A stretch of 59,268 nt of DNA, counting the filler, from Sphacelaria rigidula (lineage: Eukaryota), in the NCBI GenBank assembly GCA_964200075.2. It is 4 parts of 4 records of this genome, joined end to end, with 100 filler letters (N's around TTAATTAATTAA, not from the genome) between each part and the next. Parts side by side here need not be neighbours in the genome. Positions count along the whole stretch, not along the records: positions 1 to 14,743 come from CAXNAA020002068.1; 3 more parts are not named here. The stretch is one strand, 5' to 3'. Positions 1 through 10,494 of this stretch are shown one piece after another. The notes under the pieces are model-generated. The model searched no databases, had not been told where the DNA came from, and worked only from the letters and a program-made list of their open reading frames with translations. Position 1 is the first letter of the stretch. Each line of letters begins with the position of its first letter. The position numbers and the translations under genes were made by a program.

Positions 1-502
1 CAACCTCAAGATGAGGTGCTAGTCGGAGGGGTGCTAAACTCCGGAAAGTATACGGGCTGTTCGAGGACATTTTATCGACCATAGGCCATGTTTATTCCTT
101 TCTTTGGATACGCTTGATACATCCTTGACACGGAGAAATCGTGCGTTGAAGTCACGCCCTCCCTGTTCAGACGCCACATACACCTTCACGCAGCGGACAC
201 ATCCCGGAATTTCACCTTTTTTTCGAATGTTTTACAGGCTTACCCTTGAAACCCCGCGAAGGAAGTACTTTCCCGATTTGTTTCACTGACCGCGGGACGT
301 GGCCCATTGAGGAAAGTTACACTCCCCCGCCCTCAGTGTTCTTGTTGCACTTCGAACCCACCCCTTCCTCCGGATGAGTCCGTGGTGTCAAGAAATCAAC
401 TCATCTCTCCCCCGATTCAATTGAATCAAAGCAAATGAAAAATAAGCAAAGACATCGGGAACTGAGGAGAAAAACGTGGAAGGGGAGATCTAAGCAAATA
501 AC

Positions 503-1184
503 TACGTAACCACTACGAAAGAAGAAAGTAAGCGTTTGGCCGTTAGGGATGCTAAACGGAGGGGTGTTAACCCCCGAAAAGTGTTCGGGTTTTTCGACCA
601 CACGCACCGCCCAGAGATCACTCTTGACGGAGAATCCTGAGAAATGGGGTTGAATGTTAAGATGAGGTTCAACTTCAGAAGAATGCTTTTCCGACCTAAA
701 CTATTTACATATGACTTTCATATAAACGACCTAGCCCCCCCCCCCCCGAATCTTCCTTATGGGGGGTTTCGAGACTTCCGTCCCCCGACAGGGTATGACT
801 GTGCAAACAAACCATTATCGGGCGAAAAAGCGTCCCCCTTTTCACCCCAAAATCGAGGCAGAAATGTGTTTTCGCACATGCCCTCTGCGGGAACGGAAGG
901 CTAGAAACCCCCCAAAATATTTTCAGGGAGATCGGAGGGGATGAGGTCGTCCATATATGAAAGTAATATGTCACTACTCTAGGTCAGCAAAGCATTGATT
1001 GGAGTTGAAAGTCATCTTGATGTTCAATTTGGTTCAACCTATTTCTCAGGATCCTCTGTAAAGAGTGGTATATGGTCGGTGAGGTATCGTCGAACAGCCC
1101 GGACACCTTTCGAGGGATAACACCCCCCTCCGTTTAGCATCCTTGACGGTCACGCCTACTTTCTTCCTTCGTAGTGATTACGTA
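503..1184. repeat. Old foldback/MITE-like element with long imperfect inverted arms (about 503-738 vs 938-1184)
   Basis: tacgtaaccactacgaaagaagaaagtaagcg...gggatgctaaacggaggggtgtta (503-570) is the reverse complement, with mismatches, of taacacccccctccgtttagcatcc...tactttcttccttcgtagtgattacgta (1118-1184). Similarity continues inward to about 738/938. Confidence 0.7.
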
Positions 1185-1647
1185 AGTGCAGAGTCAGTGT
1201 GTGTGCTGTTTGTTTTTGCTGGATATAAGGGCAAGATACATGCAGCATGCTATCGCTCTTACTGAACACAGTCTACTGCATGCTGTTGTGCCTCTGCTGG
1301 GTGGAAAACTCCGGATGTCTAAAGGTTTGTGTGACGCCTCTCCGTGTTCAGACGCTACACATATACCTCCATGACGCTGGCACATCCCGGGGTTAAACGT
1401 TATTCTTCAAGTGTCTTTCAAGCTCACCTCAGAACCTGTAGGACTGAGAAAATTTCCGGTGTGAGGGGGGGGGGGTTGCTGGAGGTATCTCAAACTCGGG
1501 GTTCCTGGTATATTTGACTGCAAATTACTGTGAAACATGCCTTTTCTTTTGTTCGTGAGAAGGGTTCTTCAGAGGTCCCTTCCCCGCCTTGACCGTGGAG
1601 TCAAATTTTGTGTGGCGTAAGCGCTGTACACTGACTGGTGGATGGGC

Positions 1648-2010
1648 GTGTGTGTGTGTGTGTTGTCCTTCCATGTCTTCTGGACGCCAGTCTACACCTT
1701 TCGGTATATGTGGGCGCATCAGCCGGGGCCACACAGGAGGAAGGCAAACGTAAGATTTTTCGTTTTCTTTCTAGTACTTTACCATCTTTCTGCGGTGCTT
1801 CCCCTATTTTTTGTCGCGAGAGGGGTTCAGCAGTCTCTTTCTCTCGTCGACTCCAAAGCCGAATTTGTGTGTACCTACGACATAATCGCTCCCCACTGTT
1901 GTTGGGCATCGTGCGAGAAAAAATCCCAGATCGTGTGACTGCACCGAGATTCGAACCCACGACCCAACCATCAGAAAATTACGAGGTTACCAACTGAGCC
2001 ACAGGGGCGA
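1648..2010 (-). mobile_element. tRNA-derived SINE with (CA)n tail
   Basis: The minus strand begins cgcccctgTGGCTCAGTTGG (A box, 2001-1990), has GGTTCGAATCTC (B box, 1957-1946) at tRNA-like spacing, and ends in a (CA)n run near 1648-1662. There is no intact cloverleaf. Confidence 0.7.
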
Positions 2011-2291
2011 ACGACTCGCAGAATCAAGAATCCACACCCTGGACAATGCATTTCAATGTCAAGCAGTTCACAGCGTACAGTGTCGACTAATGCGTCTTCA
2101 GTAAATATACAAGCAAAGCAAATCGCTCATGTTGGGAAGGGGCGGTGCCTCTGACGTTTTTGCTTGCAGTATCAATGTTTCCCGTACAGATGTTTGTCAG
2201 CAGTTATCTTGATTTGAAAGTGCCGAAGAATATATATGCATCTGTGATGAACGGCCCTTGCCGGCCCACCGCTCTCGGATGGGGTATGAGT

Positions 2292-2293
<2 letters not shown>

Positions 2294-2336
<43 letters not shown>
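2294..2336. repeat. (CA)n microsatellite
   Basis: Uninterrupted CA run visible in the sequence. Confidence 0.95.
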
Positions 2337-2338
<2 letters not shown>

Positions 2339-3295
2339 CTCAAGCGCACGCAAGAGCGAGTGACCACCAGCCAGCAGGAGTAGCAGCAGCAGTAATGTAT
2401 CATGGACACGGCCACCGCTGAACCCATCGACCGGGTGTTGAAGACAGCTATCCAACATTACGTTCCTGTGTTAGCTATCCAACGAACCGCTGAACACATC
2501 CTACAAATCCAACGCACGCTACATGAGAGAGCCACGAGTATCCCTCGCCAAGACTGTGCAGCTAGCTGTGTACTTTACTCCACTGTCTGACCGTAATCCT
2601 CACCCCCATCCCAACAAAGGCAAAATGAGAAGCCTCGGGCAATGTAGGTGAAGCTCTTGCTAGTCTATAAACAGTGCTCTTCTTTCTTTTGGCAATCCGT
2701 GAGGCGATGAATAAGGACCAGCCGTGCTTGTGCAACAAAGTTTGCTCAAGATGGAGTCATGGACTGTCTTATTAATATTGGTGCATATTTTGGGTGGGAG
2801 AGGTATAAGACACACAGCAAGCAGTACAGAGGAACATTCCACCCACAAGAGAGTATAGAGCTGAACATTCCACCGTAGTGGTACACAGTGCAGTTGGGTG
2901 AACAGATTAGAGCGAAGAGCACACATCGTACTACGTTCTAGCAGCGCACGTACGTCGGACTCCCCGTTGTTGGGCGATGGGTATCCAGGTTAGGTGACAG
3001 TACAGTGCTTTACGATGCTGGCAAAGAACACTGAATTGCTGTGCATGGGTGCACTGCGTCATTTTTGTAGTCTCGGAAATACGGGGTTTTCAATTTTTAT
3101 GGGTATACATGCAACTTGACCGTTTACCGCGGAATATCTTTCGACCTGCGTTTGCAGGCCGATCGAGAAGAGTGACCGTCTTCTCCTCCTCACTCCGTGC
3201 GTGTGGTGTAAATTACTGTTGCGAGAAGGATTACACGACCCACTTGATTCCAGTACCAAGCGGGGGATCATTTAGCCTGATAATACATTGGATGA

Positions 3296-3380
3296 ATAAT
3301 AAGCAGAAGAAGAAGAAGAAGAAGAATGAATGAATGAATAAAAGTAATTAATAATAATGAATAATGAATAATGAATAATA
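3296..3380. repeat. Compound microsatellite (GAA)n-(GAAT)n-(AATAATG)n
   Basis: Directly visible. It may be the tail of a retroposon. Confidence 0.85.
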
Positions 3381-4212
3381 AAAGATTCCCTTTGCAACCC
3401 CTCCTCGTGTTGTGTCGCAGCGCAGTATGACGACGAACTGTAGAGATGCACGTTGGATGAACGTCGCTGTCTTCTCAAACGCGGGCAAACTACGTGATCA
3501 TATGGAATTCACATACTTTACATATATAGAATATCATAAGACTTTCATGTCGGTTGGTAATCCCGAAGGCAGGTTACATCACTAGCACAGCATGTATATT
3601 GCACAAGATAATACATATCATTCGGTAGTAGCACAAAACTACTCGTCGTACACCGCCCTCCCCAGCATGGTGGCCGTACCACTGCAGCAGCTTGGCGAAA
3701 GTATTACGTCGGTGACCGCCGGTCACACCGAAGCTAGCGCACTCAATACTCATTATCCAGCGATCACCGCGACTCCGAAGTCTTTATCCAGCCGCCAAAT
3801 TTGCTCTCCCACGGCCGAGCTACGGCTACAAGAACGACTGACGCACCAAAACTCCTCGGTTTTGGGCTGCTCATGTCGAGGAGGACCCTAGGTGATGCGA
3901 TTGATCGTTTAATTTCGTACAGTATATTTTTAGAGAAACGGGAAAAACAACATTTTTGCACAGCTGATGTCGTCATTTCCTCATTCTCGACCCCTTGGGG
4001 GGGAGGGGGGCTGGTGCCGTGACATTTTGATGTTGGGCCCCTTGATTTACCTAATGCGTACCGCACCCGAATCACAGTTTGTACCTGCACATTAAAATAT
4101 ATTTGATGAAACTTTCAGTCTTCCTAACCGTGCGGTTACGTAGTGTGGTGAGCCAAATTCTCGGAGGCGTTATGGTTTTGTGCTGAACCAGTTCTACGGG
4201 CAAACTGGTGGG

Positions 4213-4400
4213 AGTCGGCAAGCACAGGTTTTTGCGCACGAATTTTTGTTCAGCGGCCAACTCGAAACCTCGGAGCCAAGCGAATCCGAAAAGCAGACTA
4301 GGCTTCTCTCTGTGGGGTGATGCAAAGTATCCAAGACGTGTGTTGACGATTTTTCCTGTTTGGGGGTCAAAAAGTGGCTCAATCGTACCAAAAGTGAACA
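4213..4400 (+). repeat. Dispersed repeat, same family as 29750-30076
   Basis: ttgttcagcggccaactcgaaacctcggagccaagcgaatccgaaaag...ctctctgtggggtgatgcaaagtat matches 29993-30078 directly and 29750-29935 in reverse complement. Confidence 0.85.
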
Positions 4401-4750
4401 ATCCGTGGGCCAAAAATCTGTTCGCCATAACATCCGGCCTCAGCAGTATATTTGTTCTGCAGTTTCAGGTCAAGTCTCGGTTTGCTTTCCGGTTATAGAT
4501 TGATTTCGTGTTGATTTCTGGGGCCTTCCAGTATAGTAGCATGAAGAATCTATATTCGTGGTAACACATCGCCTTTCGACCACTTTTTGGGACTCTACAC
4601 GTTTCATCACTTCGAGGTTCTGCGAAGCGTATCACCTCTCACCCATAAAAGTGGTTCAACCTTTGTCGGAGATCTGAGCGCAAGGTCGTCTCCCGACAGT
4701 TGCGGTCGACGGTAGTCCACGGGGGTGAAGACAACAGCTGAACTTCAAAC

Positions 4751-7700
4751 ATGTCCGGTAAGAGAAGCCCTTCGAAAAGCGCTGTGAGGTTTTCAAGTGG
4801 TGTACGAACCCGAGCCCAGAAGAAAGCAGACGATGAGTTGTGTCCACCTACGGGTAGTTTAGACTGAGTGACAGTTGCATGCCAAATGTTAGCTGTACAA
4901 GATGAAAAGGTACAGACGAAGTTAGTTGAGAGTGTGTCGGACGAGGGGCCGACACTTTCAGCGAATGCAGTGTCTACCACTGTGGGGAAAAGGGGTGTGA
5001 CGAATCAAGTTCAGTTAGCACCTCCCCTCCTTGAAGTAAAGAACATGACCTGCCAGCGGGGTACTTCACATGACATTGTGGATATTTCGCCTAGGAAACG
5101 TTGGTCCCGTGGTGGACACTGTTGGGGACAGAAACACGTTCAGATGTTGGATCTTGCATCCCAAGTAGAAAACAACATGAAATGTGTAGAAAGCGTGACC
5201 GGCGAAGATACCGAACGCACTCCAGTTGATGTTGTTAACCGGGTGGTACGGAATATAACTGATGTAGAGTTGATTTCCCGGCCCCCTGAAAAAATCAGTA
5301 GTGATTTGCTCACTACACCATGCCATGAGGATGACATTTCGCAGGTGTCCAGTGATGTAAAGGATGAGCCCGCGGGGAATCGTACGCGATCTCTCAGTAA
5401 TGTTGAAAGAAGGATGGATATTCGTGTGCCATTGTCCCGAAATCAGAAAGAGCGTGATATCAGCCTCGAGCAGAACAACGAAATTTGTTCATACTCGACT
5501 TCATCTGCTAGTGAATGTGCACCTCGTCTGTCCACGCCCGGTGTAGAGCAAGGAAGTTGACGATCAAATGCATGCGGGGTACTTCAACAAATTATCATGC
5601 TGCATAAGACAGAATCCAAGTTGCGTTCTGTCCTGTCGGAAATTGAACTGTGCGATGATTTCACGGAAGACAATGAACGGGTCGGTGCTCAGCGGCACGA
5701 GAGTCGGATGCCGGAGGTACGCGCTGCCCCAGTAATTTCAGAGATAACGTGCTGTTCAGAAGATAGAGCGCAGGCCACTACTGGTTAGTCGGATAATCAA
5801 TCTCATTTGCTCACACAACCCTGTGATTTACCCTCGGAACCTGTAGTGACCATGAGCGCCATGTCTGTTGCTGGTACTACCCTCTCGCCTACAGACACGG
5901 AGCATCGCAAGGTAGTTGAGGGGAAGTCCACGAAATCCCCAGGGGTGGGAGTGCCGGGGGTGATGGTACCTCACACCTCACGTCCCGAAGAGGCCCGGGC
6001 TGGCACCCCTGCAGGCACTCCGGATACTCCGGCTACTACGGCCGTTGAGGTAAATAAACCCAGTACGGTTGAAGTTGAACCAGTTGCACCTATGGTAAAC
6101 ACCACGGTAGAAGTAGAGCACCAGTGGACAGCGATAGACAATGTAGTGGACAATGTTCGTCAGACGGTAGACTCGCTGTCACATGCGGATTGTTGCCGAG
6201 GGTTGGGCATCGATGCAAATGATGATCGGCGTCCGTGCACTACTGTAGCGGCACCTGGGGGCGTATATACTCCTATACAGGCGGTGCAGACAGGACCCAG
6301 GGTCACAGAGGTCGGAACCAGGATGAGAAACTTCACCCGTACTTCAGAAGCCGATGTAGAAAACATGGGTAGGGATGTCTCGCTATCTCAAGTACATCTG
6401 GTCCCTCCCCGGGAACTCATTTAACCCGCAGGTTCAGATACGGACGGCGATGAAGCTCTCGCTCTGTTACTGTACGAAGCGGAAATTCGTGCGGCCGCTC
6501 GTAAACGTAAGCAAGCAGCAGTAAGGTTGAAGAAAGATGAGGCATTAGCCAAAAGATTGTCTGGATTGGTCGTCACGAAACCATCTGCACCATCTGTAAA
6601 TAAGGCGGAGCAAATAGTCAGACCGCTTGGACGGTAGTCGGAAAAAGAGGAAAATCGTACGCCCAGGCTGTAACGACACCCTCGGCTCCTACAGACTTAG
6701 ATTTTAACAAACCCTGTATTCCTCCGCATGATTCTGACACTCAAACAGGAGCATGCCAGGGGGCTGTAAGGCAAAGCAGTGTAAAGTTTGGCGAGGGCAA
6801 ACAAAGGCTTTCGAACACACAAGCTGCACGGGCAGCACTAGATTCCAAGATGCAAGAAGCAATGCAAATGTTGGCCACGCTTCAGGCGGAACAAGATAGT
6901 CTTGACGATTCGGAGGGTAAGGACGAGGAGGCGGTGTATGAGGCTCGCCGTAACAGGGGGGAGGTACGGGCGGCGGTGGTGCAGCAGGCCAACATCCTCG
7001 GGGGAGATGGGGGGCAGGGCCTGTGACCCTCCCAAATGGGGGTGCAGGAGGCTGTGACAATGCCGCCCAGGGAGATGGCGCCAGAGGGCCCCACGGTTCA
7101 CCGACGGCCTGCGGTATAGATGGCTCCGGTGTTGCCTCACCACTATCCCAGCCGTTCAGAGGCTTTCCAGAATTTGACGTTGAAGGATTTTCGAGTTTTG
7201 CAGCGCACATGTCTTCCCGATATCAACTTGGTCGAGTTTTACAACTTCCAAAAAATTGTTCGAGACGTAACGCTTTCCCAGGGTCCACAAGGTTTCCAGC
7301 CGCTGGGGCAACATGGACATATGGGGGATTCAGGAGGGAGCTCTAGCGGGTGGTCTGAGGGATCGCACTCTAGGGGTAGGGGTGGACGGTCCTCATCACG
7401 TGGCGGCCACCACAAGAGGTATGATCATGAACGGGTGAGAGGTGGAACCGCAAGGGAATCAATATCGTCAGCAGGGAGGATCCTCAATCCTTAGACACTT
7501 CTTCGGCGGTTGAAATTACGCAGGTACGCCGCAAAATAGATCCACAGGTGGTTCAGGTAGCGAATCCAAATGCGACTACGAGCCTACAACCTTCTCGCAT
7601 TGCAAGTGGTCACACGAATATGTCGGCACCAAGACAGAGTGTCCCGGCACCCCCACAAATTGGGTTGGCGACTAGGTCTGATGTTCCTGCATCGACTGCC

Positions 7701-9017
7701 CACCAGAACGGGAACCGACATAGCGCGAGAATATGCCAAAATGGACACGTCCATTTTGATAGAATTACATATGTTGCCTCTGAGTCCCAATCACGACGTA
7801 GCGGATTTGGTTGCTTTTAGGGCATGCGCGTGATCATAGGACACGTTGAGCCGGTATACTGGCATCGTGGTTGGGAAAAGTGTTAACAGAAGCACTTACT
7901 GAGGGCTATCCGTTCAAACGAATACTCCCCGTACAGAGCATCCAGTAGAACCAGTAAGCATCCAGTAGAACCGGTACTACTGGATGCTCTGTACTGAATA
8001 CTCCCACGTGACTCTATCCATGACATGCGCGTGATCATAGGACACGTTGAGCCGGTATACTGGCATCGTGGTTGGGAAAAGTGTTAACAGAAGCACTTAC
8101 TGAGGGCTATCCGTTCAAACGAATACTCCCCGTACTCCCAGGCCGCGTCTACCCTGAACAGCCAGATTGCCGACATAATCGGTCAGGCGATTCAGATGCA
8201 AGATGCTGGATCCACTGGCTCCGAAACGTTTGATCATGTACTACGTATGATGTGTAGAGCCCTCAGCAAGGTCACTCCAGCCGGTGTTATGGGATTGTTC
8301 GTTAATTTCACAGTTGAACCGGGGACCACTTTGGCGACGTATGTGTCAGAATTACGGTTGTTGGTAGCCAACGTGCAGAGTGTGGGTCGGGAATTAGCCC
8401 CAGGCGATGGCTCGATTCCGTCGGCGGTGAAGAATGGTGTTGACGATCAGTTTCCCAACCTCAGTGCACAAGCATTTTCAGGTAGACACCGTCGGCCCCT
8501 GCCTTTTGGGGATGTAGATGAAATGATGACAGCACTGAGGGCCTTTGACACGAACACCCCCTTAGCTGTAGCACCCCCTCGTTTCGGAATAGGGTTTGCA
8601 GGTGGGGTAACGACCAGGGCTCGGCATCATGCCAAAGCCCTTCATAGCAGAGAACTTCGTGGTGTAATGGCAATCGCTGACACGTTTGAGGAGGAAGGCA
8701 TTGAAATGCACTAGTCAACTCCATCGGTACGAAAAACAAACATCGGTTTGGGAAAAAAGGGTAGAGATCCTCCTTTTTATAAACCTGTTGACTCTCGCGA
8801 GGCCAAGGATGCTGCTAGAAAAGCATTCGGACCTTTTTGTTTGAACTGTGGAAGTGGGGATCACCTCCTGGCAAGAGAATGCCCACACGACTTTATGAAT
8901 AAATCTTGAATCATCCACCATGAAATTGGAAATGGCACGTCACAAGAAGTGTCACCCAAATGGCGACGGTGGCAGCGAAGACTGTGTGACCACCATCGTA
9001 ACAGGAACAGTCATTGA
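4751..9017 (+). pseudogene. gag: Gypsy gag-like region with long low-complexity N-terminal extension
   Basis: ATG at 4751 (MSGKRSPSKSAVRFSSGVRTRAQKK). ORFs 4868, 5597 and 5807 are in the same frame, separated by single stops. Capsid-like segment 8196-8714 (TLATYVSELRLLVANV). Zinc knuckle CLNCGSGDHLLAREC at 8838-8882. Confidence 0.75.
7823..8135 (+). repeat. 112-bp direct duplication (7823-7934, 8024-8135) flanking an 89-bp patchwork insert
   Basis: Both copies read catgcgcgtgatcatagg...aatactccccgtac. The insert copies 9580-9614 in both orientations. Confidence 0.9.
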
Positions 9018-10494
9018 GGATGCGACGGTGAAGAGTTGGCCAATTCACCGACAGCACCTCGGCCCGCTACCTTAACTAGAGGACCTGACCCTGTCGCAGA
9101 TAATGCAAGTAAAAGTAGCGGCACTGTGTCTAGTCCGCACGGTCCAACTAGCTCAGCCACGCACGGGAAGAAACCTAGTTCGGGGAACGGGGGAGATCAG
9201 TTTCAAAAGGATAAGCTTCGTGGTTCCGTTGAAACGTTGAAATCCAGCACGGTGACAGATCATCCCCGTAACGGTATTCTAAAAGTTGGGAAGAAATCAC
9301 AACCCTGTACAGATAAAAATGCCAACCAGTCTGTAGGCAATTTAATGCAGACGGGTGCAAGTAGGGTCTCAGTGTTGAAATTTTGCGGGATATTCCAGTC
9401 TGGCCGTCGGAATTGTGTGTCGATTAGGGGAAGCTCCCCTAGTAGTGCGCCGGTTTTAAACGATATTTCATGTGAAAGTAAAACATCGAGTGCAAAAGCA
9501 TGCTGCCGAGTTGTATCAGTTGAGCCTTCGGTCGCCGCTAGGGTCATGGATGGACGCGATGTGATTGTACAGTCAGATAGTACAGAGCATCCAGTAGAAC
9601 CAGTAAGCATCCAGGGTAAGGTAAAAATTCCGCATGGTCGAGAGAATAACCGAAATAAATCTCGCTACTCATTTGGACCGGGGACCGCATGCCAGGATAT
9701 TCCCGCCGAAAGTTCCCCCGTGCAAGGCAAAACCGCCCGCACCGGGAGGAATAGTAATTGTAGTCACCTATTTGGACGGAATGATAATTCTCCCGCCAAA
9801 TCTAGAACGCCCGCAGTGCACGGTAAAAATGCCCGTGACAGTCGGGAAAATAGAAATGCTCCGGTAGGTGAAAAATAGCGATTGGCCCGCCGAAATTTCC
9901 ACTGGGCACGATGAACACAAACGTACCAGTTCGACAATTAGTAGCAGTCAAGCAGGCAGAAATAAAATTTCTTCAAGTAGAGACTCCGATGTGCCTAGCC
10001 GATCAGCACGCAACAGTTGGGGCGACAGTAAGATAGGTCAGGGAGGATCAAGCGTAGCTGGTTCTACTCCCGATCTGGCAACCGTGCACGAAAATGGATC
10101 AGCTGATGACGGTAACGATGTGCAAGGTTGCATGACTATTGATTTCCCCGATAGAACCGCTGAGGCATCCCGAGATACTTCATGTCAAAAGGATAGTGAT
10201 GAATCTTGGTGTTGCGTCGTGCGTAGTGTACTTGTACAAAATGGTAACGACCCCAGTAGGACACCAGTTGAAAATATTTACGCGTTGGACCCGAAAACTG
10301 GCAGTCGTTTGCCTACAGAACCAGTTTCTGCCCGCGTGCCAGCGACAATATCTAGTCAGGTTGCGCGAGGGAGGAAATTACCTTACGTCGAAGAAATTCA
10401 ACAAGTGATGGGAGGGGAAGTGAGTTTAAACTGTAGAGAAAGTTCGACCTGAGCATAAGGTTTCTCAGGCTCGAAGGCAACCAGAACCTCGGAG

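Noticed and set aside
4440..4700. 5' LTR end and primer-binding site of the Gypsy element
   Set aside because: GTAACA at 4561-4566 could end an LTR but no TGG-starting PBS follows, and the 3' LTR is outside the contig.
6704..7210. Proline-rich antisense gene inside the Gypsy element
   Set aside because: Explained as the mirror of a G-rich Gly/Arg segment of the plus-strand gag region.
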